Virus record (IMG/VR): IMGVR_UViG_3300017991_000096
Coordinates: 15,246 to 79,245 of that record
Length of the DNA: 64,000 nt
Reading direction: 5' to 3' (one strand)
From: a virus
The notes under the pieces were generated by a model. It saw nothing but the letters and a program-made list of their open reading frames with translations. It made no database searches and had not been told where the DNA came from. The position numbers and the translations under genes were made by a program. Shown here piece by piece: positions 38,564 through 47,584 of this stretch (position 1 is the stretch's first letter; every line of letters starts with the position of its first letter).

Positions 38564-39048
38564 AAGCAGTAACTACACTCCTGGTCATCCTTTCCCTAGC
38601 TCTACCCATCCAGGTGCCCCCTCGGATGGCGGCTCACATCGTGACCGCGGCTGTTGGTCGTCCTGACCTTGCCGACGATCTCATCGCCATCTGCCGCCGC
38701 GAGTCTCGATGCCAAGCCATCGGAGCGCACAGCGGTGACGCCCACATCTCTCCCCGTGAATACTGGGGGCAGGTGAGGCTCGGGCACTTGAACCGAACCT
38801 GTCAGCCCTACGTGCCGAACGGGTGGGCTACTCGCGGCGCGTTCGGGCTCTCCGCTGGCGCGCACTGGAAGTACATGCCCCTCTGCTACCGCCCCGAGTG
38901 GTTCGACTATCCACTCGTCTCCGCAGCCATCTCGCTCAAGAAGTACCTCGGCTGCGAGGCCCGCCGCCACCACCGTGGATGGTGCAGAACCCCCACTGCG
39001 GTGCGTAAAAACAACATCAGACGCCGAACTAGACGCCAGGCAAGCTAG
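38560..39048 (+). CDS. secreted lytic transglycosylase-like protein
   Basis: N-terminal signal or anchor; AICRRESR (catalytic Glu context) and GAFGL. Confidence 0.45.
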   Translation: MKAVTTLLVILSLALPIQVPPRMAAHIVTAAVGRPDLADDLIAICRRESRCQAIGAHSGDAHISPREYWGQVRLGHLNRTCQPYVPNGWATRGAFGLSAGAHWKYMPLCYRPEWFDYPLVSAAISLKKYLGCEARRHHRGWCRTPTAVRKNNIRRRTRRQAS

Positions 39049-39104
39049 CCGGTAACCTTGACCCACTCACCATTCGCCCGGTGCTCCGCACCACACCCGA
39101 CCCC

Positions 39105-39944
39105 ATGAAGCTGACCAAGATCAAAGTCAAGAAGCCGTCGCACCGTCGCGTCCCGTTCGACTACGCCAAGGCTCGCAACTACGAGGTCATCGACCCGCCC
39201 GACGAGCCTCCGCCTTTCATCGCGCTGGAGTCCGAGATCGGCCCCGCCCTTGCCAAGTGCATGTACGAAGGGTGGAAGCCGTTTCGGACCCAGCCGCGAC
39301 CGCAAGAGCCCCGAGCAAAGTTCGTCATCCACCCCTCGTCAGCCGGGGGCTGCCCACGTCGTGCGGTGTTCTCGACCGTCGAGGCTCCCGACGATGGTGG
39401 GGCTCCAGACTCGAAGCTACAGCGCATCTTCGACGTGGGCCATTTCGGCCACGAGCGCATCCAGGGTTACCTGTTTGAGTGCTGGAGGCAGGGCCGCTTC
39501 CATCAGGTCTGGGAGGACGTGCGGCTCACCATCCCAGGGCTCCACGTCAGCGGTGAGCTAGACGCCATCGTCGCCACGAACCCGCACCACCGCTATCTGG
39601 TGGAGATCAAGACCGCCAGCCGCAAGAGCTTCGATGGTTTGGCAGGCCCCAAGGATGAGTGGCTCGTTCAGAGCTACCTCTACATGGCCGCGACCAACCT
39701 ACGCGCTGCGATCATCCTCGTGGAGTGCAAGGACTCTCAGCGCTTCAAGGAGTTCTACCTGCCCTGGGATCCGCTCATCTGGGCGGACATCGAGCAGCGG
39801 TTGCAGAACATCATCTACGCGATCGAGTGGGAGGAGCTACCCCAGGGTGACACCGACCACTGCTACTTCTGTCCCTACCACAACGTCTGCGAAGATGAGT
39901 CGTTGCTGGACTGGGATACTATCCATGATGCCATGGGTTTCTAA
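39105..39944 (+). CDS. Cas4-like (RecB-family) exonuclease
   Basis: HPSS.G.CPR, G...H, SGELD, VEIKT, Q.YLY, terminal C.FCPY...C. Confidence 0.85.
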   Translation: MKLTKIKVKKPSHRRVPFDYAKARNYEVIDPPDEPPPFIALESEIGPALAKCMYEGWKPFRTQPRPQEPRAKFVIHPSSAGGCPRRAVFSTVEAPDDGGAPDSKLQRIFDVGHFGHERIQGYLFECWRQGRFHQVWEDVRLTIPGLHVSGELDAIVATNPHHRYLVEIKTASRKSFDGLAGPKDEWLVQSYLYMAATNLRAAIILVECKDSQRFKEFYLPWDPLIWADIEQRLQNIIYAIEWEELPQGDTDHCYFCPYHNVCEDESLLDWDTIHDAMGF

Positions 39945-39970
39945 CGACCCCACTACGCCCCCACACGACC

Positions 39971-40498
39971 ATGCCGAGAATCAAAGTCAAGACCAAGGCC
40001 AAGAGTGAGAAACCCTCCCCTCACTCCCTCGCCCAACGGGTGCTGGAACACCAGCGCAAGAAGTTACGGCTATCCGACCCCAAACGTCCTCTCGACTCAG
40101 ACGGCCAAGAGTTCATCCCTGCCCTGCCTCCCGACATCACCGAGCTAGACGACTCCTACCTGGGTCGCCTGCACGGACAGTTCGTCGCGTTCGCCAACTA
40201 CGTGGAGCACTGCCTCGCGGTGGCCGACGTGGACGAACTGGAAGCCGAGGAGGACGAGAAGGTCACCGCAGCAGAGGAGATTCTGCGGGTGTCCGACGAG
40301 GGACCGAACGCAGCATGGAGGAACGCGAGTGCGTTCCTTGAACCACGGGCCAAAGCCACGCGCAAAACCAAGCGGGAGCGCAAGGCGATGGTGAAGCTGT
40401 TGCAGGCACGACTGCACGGGTGTGAGCGCGCCATCAAGGTGCTCTCGCGCGAGCAGACGCGGAGGGAGACTGAGCGAGAGTGGAGAGATGCCGACTGA
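39971..40498 (+). CDS. hypothetical helical protein (possible recombination mediator)
   Basis: LP.DITEL...L..L...F..Y and LSREQTRR; lies next to the exonuclease. Confidence 0.55.
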   Translation: MPRIKVKTKAKSEKPSPHSLAQRVLEHQRKKLRLSDPKRPLDSDGQEFIPALPPDITELDDSYLGRLHGQFVAFANYVEHCLAVADVDELEAEEDEKVTAAEEILRVSDEGPNAAWRNASAFLEPRAKATRKTKRERKAMVKLLQARLHGCERAIKVLSREQTRRETEREWRDAD

Positions 40499-40802
40499 CA
40501 CAATGGAAATACCCGTTTCGGGGAGCACAAACGCGAAACAACTAGCGGGTGCCATCAGGGCTCGCTACAAGGAGAACCGCGACCTGTCCATCCATCTGGT
40601 AGCGATGGGGATCTCGGCCGTGAGCGCCTGCGTCAAGGGCGTGGTCGAGCTCAACAAGCTGATGTCCAGCATGGGGTACTACGTCACGACGTTGCCAGCC
40701 ATGGAGGACCGCATGGTGTCCGACCGCCGCAACCCTGACGGGGCCAGGGTGGAGCGCACCGTCACGATCCTCTACCTCACCTTGAACCGGCTCGGAGGTT
40801 GA
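40488..40802 (+). CDS. SpoVS-like (Alba-fold) protein
   Basis: Aligns by eye with SpoVS: VS.STN...LAGAI...A.G..AV...VK......G......PA..D.....ERT. Confidence 0.7.
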   Translation: MPTDTMEIPVSGSTNAKQLAGAIRARYKENRDLSIHLVAMGISAVSACVKGVVELNKLMSSMGYYVTTLPAMEDRMVSDRRNPDGARVERTVTILYLTLNRLGG

Positions 40803-40803
40803 C

Positions 40804-41217
40804 GTGAGCGCGAGCGCACGAGGCCGCAACTCTCAACGCAAGGGCAAGCAGTTGCAGCACATCGTTGCGCGGATGCTTGGCTACGTCACAGGTCTGCCTG
40901 ACGACTTCCTATCCAACCACGGCGGCAAGCAAGGTGAGGAGGACATCCGCCAGAGCACTGAGGCTCGGAAGCGGTGGCCGTTCCGCACCGAAACCAAGAA
41001 CGCCAAGACACTAGGGTTACCAGCATGGATACGCAAACTCGACCAAGACGCAAAGGAAGCTGGGTCCTCCGAACCTGGCGTCATCATCTACAAGCTGTTT
41101 GGAACGAGTCGGCTCCGCGTGGACTTGGACTTCGAGGTCTTTCTCGACCTCATGTACGGTCCACTCTCATCAAAACAGAAAGACAGGTTGAAGGACCTTG
41201 CGAGAGGAAAGAAGTGA
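40804..41217 (+). CDS. second Holliday junction resolvase-like nuclease
   Basis: RNSQRKGKQLQ..VA...DI.....ETKN...W. Confidence 0.65.
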   Translation: MSASARGRNSQRKGKQLQHIVARMLGYVTGLPDDFLSNHGGKQGEEDIRQSTEARKRWPFRTETKNAKTLGLPAWIRKLDQDAKEAGSSEPGVIIYKLFGTSRLRVDLDFEVFLDLMYGPLSSKQKDRLKDLARGKK

Positions 41218-41885
41218 TGACCAAAGACACACGTAGCGAAATCATGGAGAAGGTGGGATCCCAGGGTGACCTGACCAACCTGTCCGACCCCGAGGTGCGC
41301 AAGCTGTTCGACCCGGACGAGAAGCTGTCCGATGAGGAGGTGCGCGAGCGGGCCGACAGGTTCCAGCAGGAGCGCAACAAGCAATCCATGGACACCCCGT
41401 TGACGGTGAGCGCACGCATGGGCATGGACGGTGGGGACATGCGCACCATCGGCCCCGGCGAGGGCCTGGACGACAAGGGTCAGATCATCCTGCTCGACCC
41501 CGCCAAGGCCGAGGCAGCAGCCGAGCGGTTCACCAACGCCGACCCACGCACTGCCAAGCAGTCCATGCGTCGCAGCGCCGCGCTACAGGACTTGGTGAAC
41601 CATCTGTTCATCCGCGAGGAGCCTGGCCCCTCCGTCGTCCATCTGCCGCTGGAGAAGTGCCGCCAGCTTCACGAGGAGTACCAGCAAGCCAAGGCGGAAG
41701 GTTACCAAGACAACCAACTCGACTTCATCCCGCTGTCGGTCTACGCCGCCAAGCTCCAGCCCGAAGGCAAGAAGCCGATCCGCCACCTGATGCGCCACGA
41801 GTTCGGGGTCTTTCAGATGGCGTCGAACCCTGGCAGCCCCCTCGCCGGTCGCATCGTCTGCGTCTCGGATAAGGATCTCGGCTGA
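41217..41885 (+). CDS. hypothetical protein
   Basis: TGATG coupling; typical codon bias. Confidence 0.6.
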   Translation: MTKDTRSEIMEKVGSQGDLTNLSDPEVRKLFDPDEKLSDEEVRERADRFQQERNKQSMDTPLTVSARMGMDGGDMRTIGPGEGLDDKGQIILLDPAKAEAAAERFTNADPRTAKQSMRRSAALQDLVNHLFIREEPGPSVVHLPLEKCRQLHEEYQQAKAEGYQDNQLDFIPLSVYAAKLQPEGKKPIRHLMRHEFGVFQMASNPGSPLAGRIVCVSDKDLG

Positions 41886-42280
41886 TGGCTCGACCGAAGC
41901 GCAGGAGTCGCCACGACTACGAACGCCAGCACTTCACGCACCGTCGAGGTCCGTTGGTGCTGGATGACAACTTCATCCGCCTCGAAACCATGATGGACGC
42001 CTTGCAGCAGTTCCTCGTGGAAGCTGGCGATGAGAAGTCTGTTTTCAACCTCGCCACCCCCATCGACAACATCGAGGTACACTTCGCGCCCGACCCTCGG
42101 CAGGTGACCCTTGTGGTCAAATGTGAGCGTGGGCGCGGACAGCGGTTCGTTCACAATGCCCCAGAGATCGAAGATGACGCCGACGAAGTGGATCTTGGAG
42201 AAGATGAACGGGAGTTCCCTGACGCTGGAGCCGAGTCAGGACAAGCTGTTCAGCCTGACCCTGACGGCGACGACCGCTGA
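41885..42280 (+). CDS. hypothetical protein with acidic tail
   Basis: TGATG coupling; 131 aa. Confidence 0.55.
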   Translation: MARPKRRSRHDYERQHFTHRRGPLVLDDNFIRLETMMDALQQFLVEAGDEKSVFNLATPIDNIEVHFAPDPRQVTLVVKCERGRGQRFVHNAPEIEDDADEVDLGEDEREFPDAGAESGQAVQPDPDGDDR

Positions 42281-42355
42281 TGGGGTAAGCGTTACCATCG
42301 AGTTGAGCGAGGCGCAGAGGGAGCTACTGCGCCTCGCCTTGAAGGAGGTTCAGCC

Positions 42356-42904
42356 ATGACGGATGCGAACTACACCCTGATCTTCACCCGCCGGTTTGAG
42401 GCGGCGCATCGGTTTCTCATGGCCGACGCCCCGCGCTGCCGCAGCATCCACGGGCACACATGGTCGATCACTGCCAGGATCCACCACCGTCTCGAAGTGC
42501 AGCCGCCCCTGTACCCGTCCTCCATGGTGGCCGAGTTCTCCAAGACGAAGAAGGCATGGCACCGTTGGGTGGATCAACACCTCGACCACACGCTCATGCT
42601 CAACGAATCGGACCCGCTCATCTGGTGGTTCCAATCCAACGCGCCCTACCAGCGCCTCGTGACCTGCCCAGGTGACCCGACGACTGAGCTACTGGCTGCG
42701 CTGCTGCTCTGCAAGGTCAACGCCTTCCTGAGAGCCAGCGACGAGGACGGTCTGATGTGCCACGAGCTCCAGATCCAAGAGACGCCCACGAACGCGGTGA
42801 GCATCATCTGCCCCTGGGTTCCTGCGGGCCTCGACAAGACCGACGCCGTCTGGTGGAACCGCGCCGACGACAGCACGCACGATCTCGCCAAGTCTGATGA
42901 CTGA
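42356..42904 (+). CDS. queD: 6-carboxytetrahydropterin synthase
   Basis: FEAAHR...C..IHGHTW, LDH, PTTE, ETP. Confidence 0.9.
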   Translation: MTDANYTLIFTRRFEAAHRFLMADAPRCRSIHGHTWSITARIHHRLEVQPPLYPSSMVAEFSKTKKAWHRWVDQHLDHTLMLNESDPLIWWFQSNAPYQRLVTCPGDPTTELLAALLLCKVNAFLRASDEDGLMCHELQIQETPTNAVSIICPWVPAGLDKTDAVWWNRADDSTHDLAKSDD

Positions 42905-43646
42905 CCTACGCATCGTCAAAGACGGTCTGTTTGAGACTGTCCAGGGAGAGGGGTTCCTCGCTGGCACCCCCTCCCTGTTCCTTCGCACTGCCGGCTGCAA
43001 CCTTCGATGCGCGTGGTGTGACACGCCCGAGAGCCTGCCCGACTACGATCTGCGGCTCCGGGTCTTTCAGCCCAAGCCCACGTTCAACGCCATCGAGGTG
43101 GATACTGAGATGCTGAGCCTCGCCATCGAGGCATCCATCGGCAGGGGTTTCCACCACGTCGTCGTGACCGGCGGAGAGCCGACACTACAGCAGGGTGCTC
43201 TGCTGCGTCTGTTCGGGCCCCTGCGGAAGCACGGGCACATGCACGTCACCATGGAGACGAACTGCGAGGTGCCTCCGAGCCCCGAGCTACGTCAGGTCGT
43301 GGACCTTGCCAGCCTCAGCCCGAAGCTGCATCGGTGGAAAACCACACAAGGAGCCGAGCGCATCGTCAGCGCCTACGAGGAGTGGGCTGCCATCCAGCAC
43401 GTACAACTCAAGGTCGTCGCCGGCAGCATCGAGGAGGTTCGCAACGCCGTCGAACTGATCCGCGCACTCCGTAAGGTTGGGCGTATCAAGCCCATCTGGG
43501 CCGCTGTCCAGCTAGAGGACTCATGGGTCGAGAAGGGCGCGTTCTTCGACGCGGACGAAGAGGTCGTGCGCAGCATATCCAGCTACCTCGGACGGCACAA
43601 CATCCGTCTGGTCGTCCAACAGCACAAGGTGATGAGGATTCTCTGA
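42897..43646 (+). CDS. queE: 7-carboxy-7-deazaguanine synthase (radical SAM)
   Basis: [37 protein letters not shown]. Confidence 0.92.
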   Translation: MTDLRIVKDGLFETVQGEGFLAGTPSLFLRTAGCNLRCAWCDTPESLPDYDLRLRVFQPKPTFNAIEVDTEMLSLAIEASIGRGFHHVVVTGGEPTLQQGALLRLFGPLRKHGHMHVTMETNCEVPPSPELRQVVDLASLSPKLHRWKTTQGAERIVSAYEEWAAIQHVQLKVVAGSIEEVRNAVELIRALRKVGRIKPIWAAVQLEDSWVEKGAFFDADEEVVRSISSYLGRHNIRLVVQQHKVMRIL

Positions 43647-44290
43647 TGGCACGTACAGGTAGACCACCCATCCCGCCCGAGGAGAAGGCGCAGCGCAAGA
43701 TCGAGGAGTACATGGGCAAGGTCATCGACCTGCTCATGGAACTGGGCAACGTGAGCGAGGAGGAGCGCGAGTTCCTCGACCTGACCGAGACGCCTCGCCG
43801 CGTGGCGAAGATGTGGGTCCGAGAGACGCTCAGCTACCCGGATCAGCCAGAGGTCCACCTGACCGAGATGGACAAGGAAGGCGACGTGGTGTGCCTTGGC
43901 CCCATCGGCTTCGCCTCGACGTGCGCGCACCATCTCATGCCCTTCACGGGTCACGTCTGGATCGCCTACCTGGCCGACACGAAGTTGCTCGGGCTATCGA
44001 AGTTCACTCGCATCGTCAAGGCCCATAGCAAGCGGCTGCACCTGCAAGAGAAGTTGACCAGAGACGTTCTGGACACGCTGGTGGAGCATCTGGAGCCTCG
44101 CGCCATGCTCGTGGTCATGCGGGCTGGGCACGGCTGCGTGGCTTGTCGGGGCGTAGAGGATGCGACCCAGCGCACGGTGACGGCTGCCGTCCACCTGCCC
44201 GACAGTGATATAGTGAACAACGGCCGCCTGACCGAAGAACTGTACCGAGTCGTGGGCATGGCGGGCGGCCCGTCTGTCGCTTCTTACTAA
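43646..44290 (+). CDS. folE: GTP cyclohydrolase I
   Basis: TPRRVAKMW, STCAHHLMPF.G, GLSK..RIV, LQEKLT, H.C...RGV. Confidence 0.92.
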   Translation: MARTGRPPIPPEEKAQRKIEEYMGKVIDLLMELGNVSEEEREFLDLTETPRRVAKMWVRETLSYPDQPEVHLTEMDKEGDVVCLGPIGFASTCAHHLMPFTGHVWIAYLADTKLLGLSKFTRIVKAHSKRLHLQEKLTRDVLDTLVEHLEPRAMLVVMRAGHGCVACRGVEDATQRTVTAAVHLPDSDIVNNGRLTEELYRVVGMAGGPSVASY

Positions 44291-44301
44291 CCCATACTGG
44301 C

Positions 44302-44330
44302 TTGATGGTCCTACGGGACCGTGAGAGAAT
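44302..44330 (+). promoter_or_regulatory. possible sigma70-like promoter
   Basis: TTGATG-N17-GAGAAT with extended TGn; overlaps hairpin GGTCC-TACG-GGACC. Confidence 0.35.
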
Positions 44331-44374
44331 GGCTATCCACGAGGAGCGCCGCGCTCTCGCCCCACCTTCAACCA

Positions 44375-44409
44375 GGGGTCCTCAGCGAAAGTGCTGAGGG
44401 CCTCTTTTT
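44375..44409 (+). terminator. intrinsic terminator or attenuator
   Basis: GGGGTCCTCAGC-GAAAGT-GCTGAGGGCCTC followed by T5. Confidence 0.7.
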
Positions 44410-44427
44410 CGTCCCCAGGAGAACACA

Positions 44428-44961
44428 GTGGCAAAGAACGACCAAATCAACATCACCCTGTCCAAGTCCGCCCTTCTCGCCCGAGCCAAGGAGTTGCGCC
44501 AGCAAGCCAACGACGCCATCGGGCTCGCCGTCAGGCTGGAGGAGTGGGCCCAGAAGGGCAAGGCAGCCGAGCCCGAGGCTAAGGCCAAGGGTAAGAAAAC
44601 CAAGGGCTCGAAGGGCAAGCCGGCCAAGGCACCCGAGCCGGAAGTGACCACCCCCGAAGGTGGCTACAGCCCCGACGATCTCAAGGGCATGGCCCGCAAG
44701 GAGTTGGCCGCCGTCTACAAGGCTCTCGGTGGCGACCCGAAGGGCCTGCTCATGCCCGACCTTCGCACCCGCATCATGGAGGCCCAGGAGAGCGGTGGCT
44801 ACGAGCGCTCCGACGCCGAGGAGTGCGACATCACTGGCGAGGAAGGCCCTACGTGGTCTGTCGAGCACGACGGTGAGACGTGGAGCGTGGGCGCCGACAT
44901 CATCGAAGCACTCAAGGATGGTCACGCCATGGCGGACCTGATCGAGAACGGCGGCGTCTAG
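44428..44961 (+). CDS. Lys-rich protein with Rho-N/HeH-like motif
   Basis: AGGAG RBS with GTG start; DDLKGMARKELAAVYKALGG..KGL..PDLRTRIMEAQ. Confidence 0.65.
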   Translation: MAKNDQINITLSKSALLARAKELRQQANDAIGLAVRLEEWAQKGKAAEPEAKAKGKKTKGSKGKPAKAPEPEVTTPEGGYSPDDLKGMARKELAAVYKALGGDPKGLLMPDLRTRIMEAQESGGYERSDAEECDITGEEGPTWSVEHDGETWSVGADIIEALKDGHAMADLIENGGV

Positions 44962-45023
44962 CTGCGCAGAGCCCAGAACGCCAGATCGGCCCTACGCCGT
45001 CAATATCGGCCATTTACGGGCAC

Positions 45024-45053
45024 TTGACAGGGCCGGCATACTATGATAGTATG
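45024..45053 (+). promoter_or_regulatory. sigma70-like promoter with palindromic operator
   Basis: TTGACA-N17-TAGTAT (extended TGn); perfect palindrome CATACTAT-G-ATAGTATG at 45037-45053. Confidence 0.7.
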
Positions 45054-45108
45054 TTGCCCCTCTCGAAAAACGCCCCAAACGGGGCTAGGAAGGCAAAAGA
45101 GTAGAACA

Positions 45109-45957
45109 ATGAGTCAAGCAGCACAGCTACGCGACGCCATCAGGGAAGGCAATCAGCCCTTGGTGTCCGCCATTCACGATCTGATCGCCCACATGAAGAA
45201 CGGGGTCAACGGCAAGGCGCACAGCACTGTCGAGCGCCCCGCCTGGAAGCCCAACGAGTGCGACGCCGAGTGCGAACTCACCGGCTGGCCTGTCCCCTCC
45301 GCGTCCCTGGAGGACGTGGACGGGTGGCAGCTTCACCCCGGAGCGGCGCGCTACCTCCGAGAGCACGGGCACAAGCCCGAGGAGGAGCCCGAGGTCCCCG
45401 AGAAGTACAACAGCATCCCGCGGATCCTCGTCCCCGCGGCCAAGGCCAAGAAGGGTGCCAAGCTGCGCTGGGAGTTGGAGGATCTCCCGCACATGACCCG
45501 GCCCGAGCTATACATGGCGGCGGCCGACGTGTCCCTCAACAAGCAGGCCAAGGCGGTCGGCATCGACTACCGCATGGAGAAGTCGGAATGGCTCGTCGCT
45601 GCCATCGCCAGCGTCCACCAGGGCAACGGGGTGCCTGCGCCCGCGGATGAGCGGAACATCGGCCGGTACAAGCCCGACGACGCGCTGCCTGCCGAGCCGA
45701 AGGCCGAGGAGGTCGCCAAGCCGAAGAAGGGCAAGCCGAAGAAGGCGGCCAAGAAGTCGAAGCCGGCTCTGTCGCCCAAGGCAGAGAAGGCCAAGGCCAA
45801 CATCGAGGGTCTGCCTGACGGGCAGTTCAGGGCCCTGCAAGCCATCAACGCTGGCGAGAGTGCCCGCAAGCGCGATGTCGAGCGGCTCATGGAGAAGGGT
45901 CTGCTCACCAGCACTGGCAAGGTGCCGAAGCACGTTGCGGAGGCGTTGGGGGCGTAG
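45109..45957 (+). CDS. Lys-rich protein with HeH-like motif and possible C-terminal winged helix
   Basis: EDLPHMTRPELY..A; KPKKGKPKKAAKKSK; GQFRALQAI...VERLMEKGLL. Confidence 0.6.
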   Translation: MSQAAQLRDAIREGNQPLVSAIHDLIAHMKNGVNGKAHSTVERPAWKPNECDAECELTGWPVPSASLEDVDGWQLHPGAARYLREHGHKPEEEPEVPEKYNSIPRILVPAAKAKKGAKLRWELEDLPHMTRPELYMAAADVSLNKQAKAVGIDYRMEKSEWLVAAIASVHQGNGVPAPADERNIGRYKPDDALPAEPKAEEVAKPKKGKPKKAAKKSKPALSPKAEKAKANIEGLPDGQFRALQAINAGESARKRDVERLMEKGLLTSTGKVPKHVAEALGA

Positions 45958-45960
45958 ATA

Positions 45961-46290
45961 GTGGCGCTCAAAGGGAAGCCGAAGCCAGGCAAGCGTCCTG
46001 GTATGAAGGGTAAGCCCAAGCCGAAGCGCAAGGGCAACCCCAAAGGCAAGTCCAAGCCACCTACACCGAAGCGGGCCGAGCCCGTGGATAAGCCTTGGCA
46101 CGACAACGCGGACGAGTACATCAAGTCCCTTCTCGCCAAGGCGACACTAGAGGAGCTATCCGCCCTGGAGTACGTGATTCAGGACCGGAGCGCTCTGGAC
46201 CCTCGCAGGGGTCGCAACCGCATCACATGGCACATCGTCACAACGCAGATCGCAAGGGAGCAAGTCAAGCGTGACCCCTTCCAAACGTGA
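45961..46290 (+). CDS. small basic protein (K/G/P-rich N-terminus)
   Basis: MALKGKPKPGKRPGMKGKPKPKRKGNPKGKSK. Confidence 0.55.
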   Translation: MALKGKPKPGKRPGMKGKPKPKRKGNPKGKSKPPTPKRAEPVDKPWHDNADEYIKSLLAKATLEELSALEYVIQDRSALDPRRGRNRITWHIVTTQIAREQVKRDPFQT

Positions 46291-46591
46291 GCGTCTGCAC
46301 CTGGCCGAAGTCAACGACAACGGGGGCCCATGGTTCCTCTGCGTCAGCGCCCGCTACCAAGTGCATCATCTGAACGCCATGTTTTCCCGTGGAGAAATGC
46401 CGCGGGCGCTCGTGGACACCGTAGGAGGCATCCTTGGTGACACCACGATCTACCGAGGAGCGAGGCGCCTGTATATGCAGGTCCACCTCGCCCTGTCACA
46501 CCACAAACTCTGGCAGGTCGAAGCGGCTCTGTCAGATCTTCACATCACAACGATCGAGTGTCTCTACACTCGCCCAACCCGGAACATCTGA
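46271..46591 (+). CDS. hypothetical protein
   Basis: Fills the gap in the operon; GGGAG upstream. Confidence 0.45.
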   Translation: MTPSKRERLHLAEVNDNGGPWFLCVSARYQVHHLNAMFSRGEMPRALVDTVGGILGDTTIYRGARRLYMQVHLALSHHKLWQVEAALSDLHITTIECLYTRPTRNI

Positions 46592-46603
46592 ACGGAAAAG
46601 TAC

Positions 46604-47062
46604 ATGGCAAAGACCAAGGGAAGCCCCAAGCAGGGCAAGTTGAAGAAGGCGCTCGCGCGCTACGAGGCAGCCTCCGCTGCGCTCACGGAGTTCAAGGCCA
46701 AGCACAAGAAGGTGCTCGCTGCGCTCCGCGAACTGGAGGCCGAACAGGGCGACGCTCTCGATGAGGTCAAGACGGAGGCCCAGGCAGCTAGCTCTCTCAA
46801 GAAGTTGGGCGAGCAGTCGCTCATCACGGGGGAGCGCTTCCTCGTGACCAACATCATCACCCGCCCGCGGGAGGTGGATTTCAAGGCCCTCACCGAAGCC
46901 TGCCCCGAGGTCATCACCTGGCCCGACATCGCCAGGGTGAACCTCAAGCACTTCGATGCTGCTGTCTCTGCCGGCATCGTCGATCCCGACACGGCAGGCC
47001 AGGTCGTCACGCCTGGCAAGCCCCGTCACAAGGTCGTCCTCAAGCCCCTCGCAGACGCATGA
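46604..47062 (+). CDS. hypothetical coiled-coil protein
   Basis: Strong codon bias; 152 aa. Confidence 0.6.
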   Translation: MAKTKGSPKQGKLKKALARYEAASAALTEFKAKHKKVLAALRELEAEQGDALDEVKTEAQAASSLKKLGEQSLITGERFLVTNIITRPREVDFKALTEACPEVITWPDIARVNLKHFDAAVSAGIVDPDTAGQVVTPGKPRHKVVLKPLADA

Positions 47063-47574
47063 AAACGGCACTCACGGTTTTCGGCGTCGCCCGTGACATC
47101 TACGGGCGCGAGTGGGAGGAGCATCGCCTGTTCTTCTATGACGACCAGGCGCTTGGTCCCAACCCCATCACCCGCTATTCCCCCATCCGGGGGATGATGC
47201 GGATCGCCAAGCGAGGTACTGACCTTGCTATGCCCTACGTCCGCCTCGTGGCAGCACTGGGTCCGAAGGGCAAGGACATTCCCGTTCGCAAGTTGTATAG
47301 CTTTGTGAACGCCTACGGCGACAGCGTCGATGTCTACAAGGTGGACGGCTACGAGGTCCACGACGTTGGCAACGGCCACAACCGCCAAATGTTCATTCAC
47401 GACCGCGATGGTGGCGTCGCGGGCTACTACTACTCCGCCGATCACCAGGCGGTCTACGAAGCACTCGACCGGGCTTGCAGCGCCCTGGTTCGCGTAGAAG
47501 ATGATCTGATCGCTGCGTTCCTGGCCCATGCGGCCGAAGTCATCAACCTCAACACCAACAGCAACAACGAGTAG
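47059..47574 (+). CDS. hypothetical protein
   Basis: ATGA coupling; 171 aa. Confidence 0.55.
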   Translation: MKTALTVFGVARDIYGREWEEHRLFFYDDQALGPNPITRYSPIRGMMRIAKRGTDLAMPYVRLVAALGPKGKDIPVRKLYSFVNAYGDSVDVYKVDGYEVHDVGNGHNRQMFIHDRDGGVAGYYYSADHQAVYEALDRACSALVRVEDDLIAAFLAHAAEVINLNTNSNNE

Positions 47575-47584
47575 GAAACACATC

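Noticed and set aside
39105-39944. CRISPR-Cas locus suggested by the Cas4-like gene
   Set aside because: No repeat-spacer array or other cas genes; solo Cas4-like nucleases are common in phages.
44291-44410. preQ1 riboswitch
   Set aside because: I could not find the class I stem-loop plus A-rich tail; kept only as a generic attenuator candidate.
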